Assembly (NCBI GenBank): GCA_024137785.1 | Contig: JAHRHZ010000002.1 | Coordinates: forward strand, 5,614,661-5,678,660 | Origin: Ginglymostoma cirratum | Taxonomy: Eukaryota | DNA length: 64,000 bases | Direction of reading: 5' to 3' | Shown: positions 1-13,600 of the stretch, one piece after another | How positions within the stretch are numbered: the first letter of the stretch is position 1 | How the letters are laid out: every line of letters begins with the position of its first letter | Translations under genes and position numbers: made by a program | The notes under the pieces: generated by a model | Told to the model about the DNA's origin: nothing | What the model saw: the letters and a program-made list of their open reading frames with translations, nothing else | The model's database searches: none

Positions 1-530
1 ACTAATGGAGAGTGAGGGGAGGGAGTCACACTAACGGAGAGTGAGGGAAGCGAGTCATTCTAACACATAGAGAGTCCGGGGTGGTTATCACACTCAGGAG
101 CGGATTGGTGGAGTGAGTCACACTAACAGGAAGAGAGTGAGGGGTGGGAGTCACACTGACAAGAGGAGAGTGAGGAGAGGGAGTCACACTGACAGGGGGA
201 CAATGATGGAAGGGAGTCGTACTAAGACGTGGAGACCAGGGCAGGGAGTAATACTAACAGTACCAGTTTGAGGGGAGGGATTCACATAAACAGGAGGGTG
301 AGGGGAGGGAGTCACACTGGCAGGAGGACACAGGGGTCTCTNNNNNNNNNNCATTAACACCCATACTGGGCTCTCTGTACATGACCCACTGCATTAACGC
401 TCACACAGGGCTCTCTGTACACGACCCACTCCATTAACACCCAAACTGGGCTCCGTGTACACAACCCACTCCATTAACCCTGCACTGGGATCTCTGTTCA
501 CGACCCACTCCACTAATTCACACCTACTGA
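1..530. repeat. Two minisatellites separated by an assembly gap (~30-bp GAGGGAGTCACACT.AC unit; ~40-bp CATTAAC...TGTACACGACCCACT unit)
   Basis: Tandem units visible; N run at 342-351. Confidence 0.85.
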
Positions 531-1824
531 ATTGTCTAATTTTGAGACAGGTTGCTAAGTTCGGCTTCTCACTCATCCCATTAATCACTGACTTACATTC
601 GTTCCCAGTAAACAACATCCAAATTATAAACATCTCATCCCGGGTTTCAAATCCTTCCACACCTTTACCTGACAGTTCCTGTGATCCCCTCTGGGTCCCA
701 ATCCATCTGAGATATCTGCCCCCATCACATTCTGGCATCTCGATCATCCCACATTAAAATCAGCCCACACTGGGGGCTGTACCTTCAGTTAGCTGGGCTA
801 TAACTCACTCCCCCACCCATACCTTTCCATCTCTCTTCAAAAAGCTCCTTGTCACCCTGCCACTTGTGAAAAAGGGTCACTGGACGTTAATTCTGTTTTC
901 TATCCACAGACTTGCTGAGTTTCTCCAGCAATTTCTGCTTTTTTGCTTGTTCCGCTCCAGGACTAGTTGCCCCGAGGTCATAACCTGACCAAACGGGGTG
1001 TTTATCAGCCCATTGATCTTTCCAATCCACCTGGTGGCATTCACTGAGAGCATGGTAAAGAAATCCTGCAGAAGGCAATGTCGGAGCATTTCAGTATTTT
1101 ACCCGAAATTATCAGAGACCCCATTCGCCCTGTGGCTCACCGTTGGGTACAGGGAGGATTGAAACTGAGAAAATGTTGGTTGGTACGTTGTTTTGTAAAA
1201 TTACCCCGAAAAGACGTGAGGTGGAATAGAGGGGCACAGTCCGTAGAAGGGTTGGGGGTTTTAGTTGCGATGGGCAGCATGTCAGTGCAGGTTCGGAGGG
1301 CCAAAGGGCTTGTTTCTGTGCGGTAATCTTTTTTTTTGTTCTTTATTCTTTGTCTATCACTGCCTGAGAGAAACATGATGTGGACGTGCTGGTGTTGGAC
1401 TGGGGTGGCCAGAATCAGAAATCATACAACACTAGGTTACAGTCCAACAAGTTAATTTGAAAACACAAGCTTTCGGAGCATAGCCCCATTGTCAGGTGAA
1501 GTGAGAAAGAAGTACACAGAGCACAGTATTCATAAGTAAAAGACCAAAGGGTCACACAGTTGGGATGAGGGTGTATTAAATAAATCTAAGATGCTGTTAA
1601 ATCTTTAATCAGTTAGAATTAATTGTTTAATTGATTAATATGTATATGTTAATCCCCAAATTTCTTTCAAGTCACTGTACTGAGAGAACTATAGATTTTA
1701 TCAGTGCAAAGAAGAGATGATATTTTACGTCAGACAATGCATGTTAGGCGTGAGACCTTAGATAACAAGGTGTAGAGCTGGATGAACACAGCAGGCCAAG
1801 CAGCATCAGAGGAGCAGGAAAGCT

Positions 1825-1851
1825 GACGTTTCGGGCCTAACCCTTCATCAG
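1825..1851 (-). ncRNA. Minimal hammerhead ribozyme motif
   Basis: Reverse complement CTGATGAAGGGTTAGGCCCGAAACGTC. Confidence 0.65.
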
Positions 1852-3982
1852 AAATGGGGGAGGGGAAGAGGCTTCTGAAATAAATAGGGAGAGAGGGGGA
1901 GGCGGATAGAGGATGGATAGAGGAGAGGATAGGTGGAGAGGAGACAGACAAGTCAAAGAGGCGGGGATGGAGCCAGTAAAGGTGAGTGTAGGTGGGGAGG
2001 TAGGGAGGAGATAGGTCAGTCCAGGAAGGATGGACAGGTCAAGGGGGGCGGGATGAGGTTAGTAGGTAGGAGAGGGGGGTGCGACTTGAGGTGGGAGGAG
2101 GGGATAGGTGAGAGGAAGAACTGGTTAGGGAGGTGGGACGAGCTGGGCTGGTTTTGGGATGCCGTATGGGGAGGGGAGATTTTGAAGCTTGTGAAATCCC
2201 CCTTGGTCCAGGTACTCCCTACCTACGTCTGTGACACCACCCACGCCCTCCACCTCCTCCAGAACTTCCAATTTCCCGGTCCCCAACACCTCATTTTTAC
2301 TATGGACGTCCAGTCCCTATATAGCTGCATTCCCCACGCAGATGGCCTAAAGGCCTTCCGCTTCTTCCTGTCCTGCAGGCCTGACCAGTCCCCCTCCACT
2401 GACACCCTCATCCACTTCGCCAAACTCGTCCTCACCCTCAACAACTTCTCTTTCAATTCCTCCCACTTCCTACAGACAAAGGGGGTGGCCGTGGGTACCC
2501 GCATGGGCCCAAGCTATGCCTGCCTCTTTGGAGGTTACGTGGAACAATCCCTCTTCCGTACCTACACTGGCCCTAAATCCCACCTCTTCCTCCGTTACAT
2601 TGATGACTGTATCGGCGCCGCCTCGTGCTCCCATGTGGAGCTCAAACAGTTCATCCACTTCACCAACACCTTCCACCCCAACCTTAAGTTCACCTGGACC
2701 ATCTTTAACACATCTCTCTCCTTCCTGGACCTCTCTGTCTCCATCTCGGGTAACCACCTAGAAACTGATATCCATTTCAAGCCCACCGACTCCCACAGCT
2801 ACCTAGAATACACCTCCTCTCACCCACCTTCCTGCAAAAATGCCATCCCCATTCCCAATTCCTTCACCTCTGGCGCATCTGCTCCCAGGATGAGGCATTC
2901 CACTCCTGTACATCTCAGATGTCCTCGTTCTTCAAGGACCGCAACTTCCCCCCCGCAGTGGTTGAGAACGCCCTCAACCGTGTCTCCTGCATTTCCCGTA
3001 ACTCATCCCTCACACCCCATCCCCGCAATAACTACCAAAAAAGAATCCCCCTCGTCCTCACGTACCACCCCACAAACCTCCAGATCCAACGTATCATCCT
3101 CCGACACTTCCGCCATCTGCAATCTGACCCCACCACCAAAGACATCTTTCCCTCCCCACCCTTGTCTGCTTTCCGGAGGGACCATTCTCTCCGTGACTCC
3201 CTTGTCTGCTCCACATTCCCCTCCAGCCCCACCACACCCAGCACTTTTCCCTGCAACCACAGGAAGTGCTACACCTGCCCCCACACCTCCTCCCTCACCC
3301 CCATCCCAGGCCCCAAGAAGACTTTCCACATCAAGCAGATGTTCACCTGCACATCTGCTAATGTGGTATACTATATCCGCTGTTCCTGATGTGGCCTCCT
3401 CTACATCGGGGAAACCAAGCGGAGGCTTGGGGACCACTTTGCAGAACACCTACGCTCAGTTTGCAATAAACAACTGCACCTCCCAGTCGCGAACCATTTC
3501 AACTTCTCCTCCCACTCCTTGGACGACATGTCCATCCTGGGCCTCCTGCAGTGCCACAACGATGCCACCCGAAGGCTGCAGGAACAGCAAATCATATTCA
3601 GCCTGGGAACCCTGCAGCCCAATGGCATCAATGTGGATTTCACAAGCTTCAAAATCTCCCCTCCCCCAACCGCATCCTAAAACCAGCCCAGCTCATCTCC
3701 ACCTCCCTAACCTGTCCTTCTTCTCACCTATCCCCTCCTCCCACCTCAAGCTGCACCCCCATCTCCTACCTACTAACCTCATCCCGTTCCCTTGACCTGT
3801 CCGTCCTCCCTGGACTGACCTATCTCCTCCCTACCCCCCCACCTACACTCACCTTTACTGGCTCCATCCCCGCCTCTTTGACCGGTCTGCCTCCTCTCCA
3901 CCTATCCTCTCCTCTATCCATCCTCTATCCGCCTCCCCCTCTCTCCCTATTTATTTCAGAACCCCCTTCCCCTCCCCTATTT

Positions 3983-4010
3983 CTGATGAAGGGTCTCGGC
4001 CTGAAACGTC
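3983..4010 (+). ncRNA. Minimal type I hammerhead ribozyme motif (Penelope terminus)
   Basis: CTGATGA-A-GGGTCTCGGCCT-GAAA-CGTC. Confidence 0.65.
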
Positions 4011-4331
4011 AAGCTTTCCTGCTCCTATGATGTTGCTTGGCCTGCTGTGTTCATCCAGCTCCACACCTTGTTATCTCGGATTCTCCAGCATCTGCAGTTC
4101 CTTTTATCTCTGATCGGTGTGAGACCTTGTTTAGAATCTGTTTGTGTTTTGGTATGGAGACAGACTGGTTTTATTTCTAAAATAGGAATTTATAAAATGC
4201 CACATTGACTGACCGCCTATGAATTGTGTGTTTTTTGAAGAAAATAGAATGTATCTGCAAATACAGAGTCACCCCGTCGATTCACCTTTCTGTGTTTCCT
4301 GTGTGTGAAGAGGTAATACGTGAGTAATTCT

Positions 4332-4405
4332 GTTTCGCTTTCTGAAAAGTAAACTGTCTGAGAAACCACATCCCAGTAACTAGTGACGAGCAACTGCCTA
4401 ATTGG
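4332..4405 (+). promoter_or_regulatory. MHC class I-type promoter: ISRE plus X1/X2 and Y boxes
   Basis: GTTTCGCTTTC (ISRE, 4332-4342); CCCAGTAACTAG-TGACG (X1/X2, 4372-4388); CTAATTGG (Y box, inverted CCAAT, 4398-4405). Canonical order upstream of the leader exon. Confidence 0.75.
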
Positions 4406-4592
4406 ATGTTTTTTTTTGGAGTCTTTCCCGTCACTGATGCTGCAACCAGGAAATGGTCGATATTGCAACAAGTAATGGTGCTTCGATAAATTTTGCTGTT
4501 GTTTTCAAGTTTATGAACAGCACTTGTTTTGTTCGCCCTCAGGGTGTTTTATTCCCTATCCCTGATTGCAACAGGGACAGTGGATTCCCGGA

Positions 4593-4644
4593 ATGTTGTT
4601 GATCCTTTTCTCCATCTCCCTGTGTTTTTCCTGGGTCTCTCCCG
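4593..4644 (+). CDS. Gene A exon 1, signal peptide MLLILFSISLCFSWVSP
   Basis: Hydrophobic 17-aa leader ending CCC G|gtaagt (phase 1), about 190 nt downstream of the Y box. Confidence 0.85.
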
Positions 4645-7600
4645 GTAAGTACCGAATCCATTTCCATTCTCTCCCTCTCTCTCTCTCTGGGGTGAATGTG
4701 AATCTCTTGGTGAGAGTTTGAAATGGGGGATGTTTGACCAGACCCCTGTTATACAGCCAGCCTGATATTTTACACATTGAAGGCAGCACAGTCTGGCAGA
4801 CTCTGATGGGTCCAGGCCTCCTGACAGCAGGATGTAGAAACCCCGAGTTCAGAAAAGCTCGGAGCAACTGGGAAGTGGTTCCAATGGACAATTTTAATTT
4901 CACATCGATTGGGAGAAGCCAAACAGCTTTACTTGTCCTGGTCTAAAATCTTGTAAATACTGCGGGGAGGAGGAGGATATTTTATTTAAACCAATGCACT
5001 GATGTGGTGAATTAAAGGAAAATCACACTCTGGGAGACTTTCTGAACTTTTGGAATCTTCCTTGGTCCATCTTTCAATGTGTTTTGAACATGACAAGGGA
5101 GCAGGTTGTGGTCATGATCTGATGAAACAGAAATAATTTACACCATGCCCTTAAGGGGAGAATTTGTAAACTGGAAATGTGGTGGCACATAAATCAAAGC
5201 ATTGAATTTATGTAGAAGGGCGGATTTCCCGCCAAAAACTGAACTGCTTCAACTTCTGAGGTGTCAGGGATGGATCGATGGGGGGGATAAAAACAAGAGG
5301 AGAAGTCTTGAGGAATACAAGGTTGAAATAATTCCATTAAAGGATGAGAATTCCACCTGTAGATCCAAAGTCCACATATAGGGCAACGCCTAGTCCGAAG
5401 TCTAAGTATCTGCAAATGCAAAATGCATGTGATAAGGGGAGAAATAAATGAAACAATAAAGAAGCAGACGGATTTTTCTGAGAAAGGAAAGTTCAGGTAC
5501 TAAAAAGGCCAATAGAAAAATGAGTGTAGGAACATGTTTGACAGTGTGCATGAGACTGTTATTGGACGCTGCAGGAAATGTTGCAGATGACCGTATTTCA
5601 ACAGGCCCAATCCACTGCTCCTTATGGTCAAGGAAGTGTTTTTGTAAATGAGATGCCAGAGGAAGTGGTGGAGACTCGTACAATTAAAACATTTAAAAGG
5701 CATCCAGATGAGTACAGTCACTGTTGTCATGTGAAGGGCCACACTTCCAATGGTGCCAACCCCCTCCAAATGTAGCACTTAACAGTTTCCCTTTGACAGT
5801 GTAACATTCCCACAGTACTGACCCTTCGACGGTATAGCGCATGCTCAGTACTGTCGCTCTGACACTGCAGCATTCCTACAGGACTGACACTCCTGCAGTG
5901 TAACTATTTACTCAGAACTGACCTTTGACAGTGCAGTGTTCCCTCAGTTTTGTTTCTCTGCCACTGTAGCATCCCCACAATACTGACCATCCAACAATGC
6001 AGTGTTCCCTCAGTACTGAGCCTCTGCCAGCATCGCACTTTGTCAATGTTGTTCCTTTGACACTGTAACATTTCCGCTGTAGCAGGTCTGGCAGCATTCA
6101 AAGTTCTGAAGTAGGGTCGCTGGACCCGAAAGGTTAACTCTGCTTCCTGTCCAGACCTGCTGAGTTTTACCGGCAACTTCTGTTTTTGTTTCCGATATCC
6201 GCAATCTGGGATTTGTTTAACATTCCCTCTGTACTGATAGTATAACAATGCGGTGTTCCCTCTGTACTGCTCCTCCGAGAGTGTAGCATTCCCATAGTAG
6301 TGACCCTTGAACAGTGTTGCACCATACTCAGTACTGGCCTTCCTGCGTCCCTCCTCTCTTATGTTCCTAACTTTGTGTAGAAACATCTTTTTTTCTCTGG
6401 AAGTGTCAAACTGAAACTGCAAGATTGCTGTAGGATAGTCCTGAAACTTTAAGACAGAAGTGCTGCCAGACAAAGAGACCTCAGAGTGCAGGTTCATTGT
6501 TCCTTGAAAGTGGAATTGGAGGTAGACAGAGTAGTGAAGAAGGTGTTTGGTACACTTGCTATTATTGGTCTGTGCATTGAGTCTCGGAGTTGGGAGGTCA
6601 TCCTGTGGCCATACGGGACATTAGTTAGGCCACTTTTGGAATACTGTGTTCAATTCAGGTCTGCCTGCTATAGGAAAGATGTTGTGAAATTTCAAAGGGC
6701 TCAGAAAACATACAAAATGTTGCCAGAGTTGCCAACAACCCACAGCCACTCTACGACAAACACTCACAAGGATTAAAGGCCCCATTCCCACAACATGCAG
6801 AGCCAACATGTTTAAAAAATACCACATGACGACTGCCACAAACATTAAATTGGACAGACAGAAAGGAAACTAACCATCAGAATGCACAAACATCAGCTAG
6901 CAGCAAAACAACATGACAAACCTTTCCTAACATCAGTGCACTCGTTCAATGAAGGCCATCAGTTTAACTGGGACAATGTAACCATCGTAGCCCAAGCCAA
7001 ACATAGACATGCACAGGAATTCCGAGAGGCTAATCTAGAGGCTGGATCCAGTAATGTGTAGGGAGGCAGGTTTAATAAATGTTGTTAGAATCAAAATAAG
7101 TAGAATTTAACATGCAGTTTAAGAGGGAGGAACTTGGGTCAGAAACAACTGTAAATAAGCGTATTTAGAAAGAAATAAGGGCAGAGTTGGCTGGAATGAG
7201 CTGGGAAAGAAATTTGATGCAAAATTTGTTGAGGGAAAAATGGCCGATATTTCAGAAAAGAGTTCAGAGCCTCACAGCAAAGATACATCCCAATGGGTAG
7301 GAAGGGGACAAACCGACCATGGTTAACCAGGGAAGTTAAGGAAGGCGTCAAAATAAAAATAAATGTAAGTTAAATGTGGCAAAGGTTACTGGCAAGCCAG
7401 AGGATTGGGAATATTTTAAAAACCAACAAAAGAAGACCAAGAAATTAATAAAGAGGGAGAAGATAAAATTTGAGGGTAAACTTGAAAGTAATAGGAAAAC
7501 AGACAGCCAGAGCTAATTTAAATATCTGAAAAGGAAGAGAAAGTGATCATAGGTCTCCAGGAGAAGGAGGCTGGGGATATAATACGGGGGAACCAGGAAA

Positions 7601-10600
7601 TGATAGAGGAGCTGAATAAATACTTTCCATCCATCTTGACAGTAGAAGATACTAATAACATTCCAAATTTACAAAATAATCAAGTGACAAAAGGAGAAGA
7701 GGACATAAATGCCTTTCAATGGAGGAAAAAATGGGTGGGAAAAATAATGGGGCTAAAGATCATTAAGTCCCATGGAGACCTGATGAGATGCATCTGAGGA
7801 CACTGAAGGAAGTAGCTACAGAGATAGTCAATGCACTGGCCAGAATCTTCTACCACTCCTTTGATTTGGAAATGTCCCAGTGGATTGGAAAACTGCCAAA
7901 CACCCCTATTTAAGAAGGAAAGAGAGGAAAAAGACAGATATCTATAGGCCAGTTAGCTTTAATGTTTGTTATTAGGGAAATATTAGAGTCTATTTGAAAT
8001 GATGTAATAGCAGAGCATTTCGAAACATATGATATGATTGAGCAGAGTCAGGGGAAATCATGCCTGACAAATTTATACAAATTCATTGAAGAAGTAATAA
8101 GCAGGATAGATAAAAGCGAAATAGTAGATGTAATAAACTTGGATTTTCAGAAGACACATGACTAAGTGCCACAAGCTGAGTTACATAACAAGATACATGT
8201 CCTTGATGTTGGAGGCAGTACATTTGCATGGATATAGGATTGACTAACTAATCGAAGTCAGAGAGTTTGGGTGAAAGGGGGTATTTTCTGGATGGCAACC
8301 TATAACTAGTGGAATGCATCAGGGGTCTGTGCTGGGGCCACAGTTGCTTACAATATATGTTCATGAATTGGATGAGGAAAATGAACATATGTAGTCAAGT
8401 GTGTGGATGGCACAAAAACAAGTGGGAAGGCAAGTGCGAACGCTGATACAAAAAGCCAATAAGAGATATAAACAGGTTAACTGAGTGGGCAGATGCATGG
8501 CAGATAGAATGTATTGTGGGAAAATATGAAGTGATTCACCTTGGCAGGAAGAATTGAGGAGCTGAATATTATCTAAATGGAGAATGACTGCAGAAAATTA
8601 CAGCACAGTGAGATTTGAGAGTCCTTGTGTATAAATCACAAAAATGGCTTGTCAGTCCAGCAGGTATTAGAGAAAGCAAATAGAATGTTGGCTCTTATGT
8701 CAATGATAATGGAGTATAAAATGCGGGAGATTTTGTCAGACCACTGCTGGAATACTGTGAACAGCTTTGGGCCCTTTATGTGGGGATAGATGTGCTGGCA
8801 TTGGAGGTAGTCTAGAAAAGGTTCACAAGGCTGGTACTGGGATTGAAAGAACTGGATTACGAGGAGAGGTTGAACAAGTTGGGCCTGTACTCCTTGGAGT
8901 TTAGGAGGATGAAAGCTGATCTTATTGAGACATACAAGATTTTTCAGGGCTTTGACAGGGGAGATGCGGAAAGGTTGTTTCCCCTTGGAGGGAATAATCT
9001 CAGAATGAGGGATCGCACATTTAGAGTTGAAGTCATTTTCCTCTCAGCGGGTGGTGAGTCTGTGGGATGTAGTGGCTGGCTTGTCAAGAATTTTCAAGGC
9101 TGAGGTAAACACTTGAATCAGTCAGGGAATCAAGTGTTATGGAGGAATAGCTAGGAAAGAGCATTTGAGGACTATCAGATCAGCCATGATCTCATTGAAT
9201 GGCAAAGCAGACTCGATGGGCTGAATGGGTCACCTCTGCTCCTAAGTCTCATGGTCTTATTGTCTTCGCTGAGATAGATTTGGTTTTTATATTTGACAGA
9301 GTCACACTCTCTGAGGTATTACTACACCTCGATGCTGAACAGTGGGGACTTTCCTGAATTCATTCATGTTGGAGTTTTGGATAGTGTCCAGATAACCTAC
9401 TATGACAGCATTATCAAGAAGGATATCCCTCGGCAGCCATGGATGCGGACATCACAGGACGATCAATATTGGGAACAGGAGACACAGAGATTGATCGACC
9501 GAGAGAAACTGTCCCTCGCCAATGTGCAGATAGCAACAAGGAGAACAAACAGCAGTGAAACAGGTTAGTACACACATGGGTTACAGAGTGGCACGTGTTC
9601 ACAGAGTGTTGGGGCAGCACGGTGGCTCAGTGAGCCTCACAGTACCGGTGACCCGGGTTCGTTTCCAGCCTTGGGTGACTGTCTGTGTGGAGTTTGCACA
9701 TTCTCCCCGTGTCTACGTGGGTTTCCTCCGGGTGCTCCGGTTTCCTCCCACAGTCCAAAGATGTGCAGGTTAGGTGGATTGGCCATGCTAAATTTCCCAC
9801 AGTGTTCAGGGATGTGTAGATTAGGGGGATGGGTCTGGGTGGGATGCTGCGAGGGTCTGCGTGGACTTGTTGGGCCGAAGAACCTGTTTCTACACTGTAG
9901 GGATTCTACGATCTATTCTATGTTGTATGAAATACTCATGTTAGAGTGTGACCCAGGTTCTTGGGAGGGTTGTAACGGTGAACACATGCTTGTGTTAGAG
10001 TGTAATCCAGGTTCACAGGAGGGCTGCAGTGGGTAGGCATATTCTTGCGTTAGGGTGTCACCCAGGCCACAAGAAATTTGTCATGTTGAACACATTTTTG
10101 TGTTAGTGTGAAACCCAGGCCACAAGAGATCTTTACTGGTGAATATACACTCCTGTCAGTTTGTAACCCAGATCCGTAGGGAAATCTGTGATGGTGTATA
10201 TGTACTCCTGTTAGTGTGTGACCCAGATCCTCAGGGAGATCTGTAATGGTGAACAAATAGTCATGTTAGTGCAACGAGTATAACAGGTAAGGTAGATGAG
10301 CTTGGAGCCTGGATTAGTACGAGGTGCTGTGATGTTACAGTCATCACAGAAACTTGGTTCAGAGAAGGACGGGACTTGCAGCTCAACATTCCAGGGTTTA
10401 AATGTTTCTGCCATGATAGAGAGGAATGTGACACCAGCTCGGCGAGCCAACGAACCACAACACCCACAACCCGAGCTACGAATTTACTCTAAAACCTTAG
10501 GAATATAAAAGGGATGGGGTTGTTGCATTACTGATTAAGGACAAGGTACAACTGCGCTGAGCGAGGGCATCTTGGAGGCTTCATCCAGCGAGGCTATATG

Positions 10601-13600
10601 GGTAGAACTGAGAAAGGTACATTGACTATGATGGGGTTATACTACAGGCCTCCCAATGGCCGGCGGGAAACAGATACTTAAGTAGATCATGGAAAGATAT
10701 TTTAAAAAACGGCAGGTCTGAAAAGGTGGGTGATTTTTATCTTCCCCAATATTGACTGGGACTCCCTTACTTCCAGCATGGCTTTATGCAGCAGCAGTCT
10801 TGTCTCACAAATTCAGTTGGGTTTTTTGAGGAAGAAACAAAGATGATGGTTGAGGGAAAAGCACTGGTTATTGTCTGCATAGACTTCACGAAAGCATTTG
10901 ACAAGGTCACAAATGGGAGACTGGTCCAAAAGATTTTGACACTTGGGATCCATGTTGAGTTAGGGGTTGAATGAGACAAAATTTGATTGATTGATTTATT
11001 GCTGTCACATGTACTAAGATACAGTGAAAAATGTTGTTTTGCGGGAAGTATTGATGGAGTCAATGGATGGAAGGCCGCTTTGCATGATGGACTGGGCTGT
11101 GTTCATGACACTCTGTGATTTCTTGCGATCTTGGGCAGAGCTATTGCCATACCAAGCTGTGATGCATCCAGATTAAATGCTTTCTATGGTACATCCATAA
11201 AAATTAGTAAGATTCCTTGTGGACTTTCCAAATATCCTTAGCCTCCCCGAGGAAGCAGAGATGTTGTTGTGCTTTCATGACCGTCATATTGATATGGGTG
11301 GACCATAGGTTGATAGTGACCATCACTCCTAGAAACATGATGCTTTCGACCATCTCTACCTCAGCACCATTGATGTAGACAGGGGTGTGCCCTCCACTCT
11401 GCTTCCTGGAGTCAGTGATCAGCTCCTTCATTTTCCTGATGTTGACGAAGACATTATTGGCTTTACATCACGCCACTGAACACTCAATCTCCTTCCCGTA
11501 TTCAGTCTCAACATTGTTTGTGATCTGACCTACAACAGTGATGTTGTCAGCAAACCTGTAAATGGAGTTGCATCAGAATTTGTCCATACAGTCGTGAGTG
11601 TATAAGGAGTATCGTAGGGGCCTGAGTGCCTAGCCTTGCGGAGCACCCGTGTTGAGGATTATGGTGGAGGAAGTGTGGTCCCCTATTCTTATTGCTTGCA
11701 GTCCATGGATCAGGATGTTGAGGATCCAGTTACAGAGGGGTGGGCCAAGACTTAGGTCTCAGAGTTTAGAGATGCGTTTGTTAGGAATTGTGATGTTGAA
11801 GATGGAATTGTAGTCAATAAATAGGAGCCTGAAATAGGTATCCTTGTTATCCAATGTTCCAGGGATGAGTGTAGGGCCAAGGAGATGGCATTTGCTGTGG
11901 GCCTGTTGCGTAGACAGGTGAATTACTACTGAACAAGGCAGTTTGGGAGGCTGGAGATGATGTGAACCATGACTAACGTCTTGAAATACTTCATAATTAC
12001 AGAGGTCAGTGCCTCTGGGCAGTAGTCATTGAGGCATGTTGCGTGACTTTTCTTTGGCACCGGCACATTTGTTCCATACAGCCAGGAGGGTTTCTTGAAA
12101 TGATATGTAGATAGTCCAACTGGGGAAAGGCTGTGCTATATTTTTTATTGAGAAATGAGCCAGGATAAGTGATCACATTCTCTGTGGTGAAGCATTTTAG
12201 GAACAGTGATCATAATTCCGTAAGTTTTAAGATCATTTTAGATAAGGGTAAAACTGGTCCTCGGATGAAATATATTGAGGGAGGCTAATTACAACAAGTA
12301 TTAGGCAGGAACTAGAGAAATTAAATTGGGTGTGGCTGTTGAAGGGTAAATTCCCATCTGAAATGAGGGAGCCTTTTAAAGGCAAGTTGATCAGAGTTCA
12401 GGACGAGCTTGACATTGAAAGATAAAGATGGCAAGATTCAGGAGAGTCCCAAGGCATTTTACACATATATATGCAACAAGAGGGTAACTAGGGAAAGAGT
12501 AGGTTCACTGACAGACAAAGAGAGAATGTATGCATGAAGCCCAGGGTAAGTGGGTGAGGTCCTTACTGAGTACTGTTCATCAGTATTTGCCAAGGAGAAG
12601 GGCATGGATGATGTTTAAGTTTAGGGAGGGGTATATGATTGAGGAGGATTAGGTTGATATTCTGAGTCATATCGATGCCAAGAAGGATAAGGTGTTGGGT
12701 ATCTTGAAAAACATTAATTTAGATAGGTTCCCAGAGCCTGATGGGATCTACCCGGGGAATACTGAAGGAGGCAAGGGAGGAGATTGCTGGGGCCTTGACA
12801 GAGATCTTTGTATGCTCTTTAGCCACAGGCAAGGTCCCAGAAGACTGGAAGGGTCAGTGTTGTTCTTTTTTTTTTAAGAAGGACAAAGGGATTATCCAGG
12901 AAATTATAGGCTGGTGAGCTTTACATCAGTGATAGCGAAATCATTGGAGAAGATTCTAAGGGGCTAGAAAAGGGATGGACTTAGAAGGGATAGTCAGCAT
13001 GGCTTTGTGCGTGGGAGGTCTTGTCTCACAAATTCAATTGAAGTCTCAAGAAAGTGACAGAGATGATCGTTGAGGGTAGGCCAGTGGATATTGTTTGCAT
13101 GGACTTCACTAAAGTATGTGACAAGGTTGCATATGGTCCAGAATGATGGTCCAGAAGATTAAGTTGCTTGGGATCCATAGTGTGTTGGCAAGCAGGGTGC
13201 AAAATTGACTTCGCCATGGAAGACAGAGAGTTGTTATGGAGCCGTATTTTTCTGACTGTAGACCTGTGACCAGTGGTGCTCTGCAAGGATCGGTGCTGAG
13301 ACCTGTTTCTAATATTAGATGAAAGATAGGTGGTCTGATTAGTAAGTTTTCAGATGACTCGAAAATTGGTGGAGTTATGGATATTGAGGAAGGTTGTCAA
13401 GGGATACAGTTAGGATATAGATCATTTGGAAAGTTGGGCAGAGAAATGGCAGATGGAGTGTAATCCGGACAAGTATGAGGAGATGCATTTTAGGAGGTCA
13501 AGTGCAAGAGGAAAGTATACAGTAAAAGCTTAGGAGCATTGATATACAGAGGGATCTTGGGGTGCAAGTCCTTAGCTTCCTGAAGGTGGAACACAAGTGG

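Larger units (their letters stand above)
1760..4118 (+). mobile_element. Penelope-like retroelement (RT plus GIY-YIG), 5'-truncated with an inverted terminal copy
   Basis: RT motifs TMDVQSLY, QTKGVAVGTRMGPSYA, LRYIDD; GIY-YIG CGLLYIGETKRRL at ~3390-3450; one frameshift and one stop. 1760-2195 is an inverted copy of 3650-4075. GTGAGACCTT is repeated at 1750-1759 and 4119-4128 (TSD-like). Confidence 0.9.

Noticed and set aside
1933-3795. 620-aa ORF as a cellular gene
   Set aside because: It is a chimera of the inverted terminus, Penelope RT and an off-frame tail after a frameshift.
9611-9680. tRNA-like A/B boxes (also ~38575-38660 and 28230-28315)
   Set aside because: These are heads of tRNA-derived SINEs, followed by SINE body sequence and lacking a full cloverleaf.
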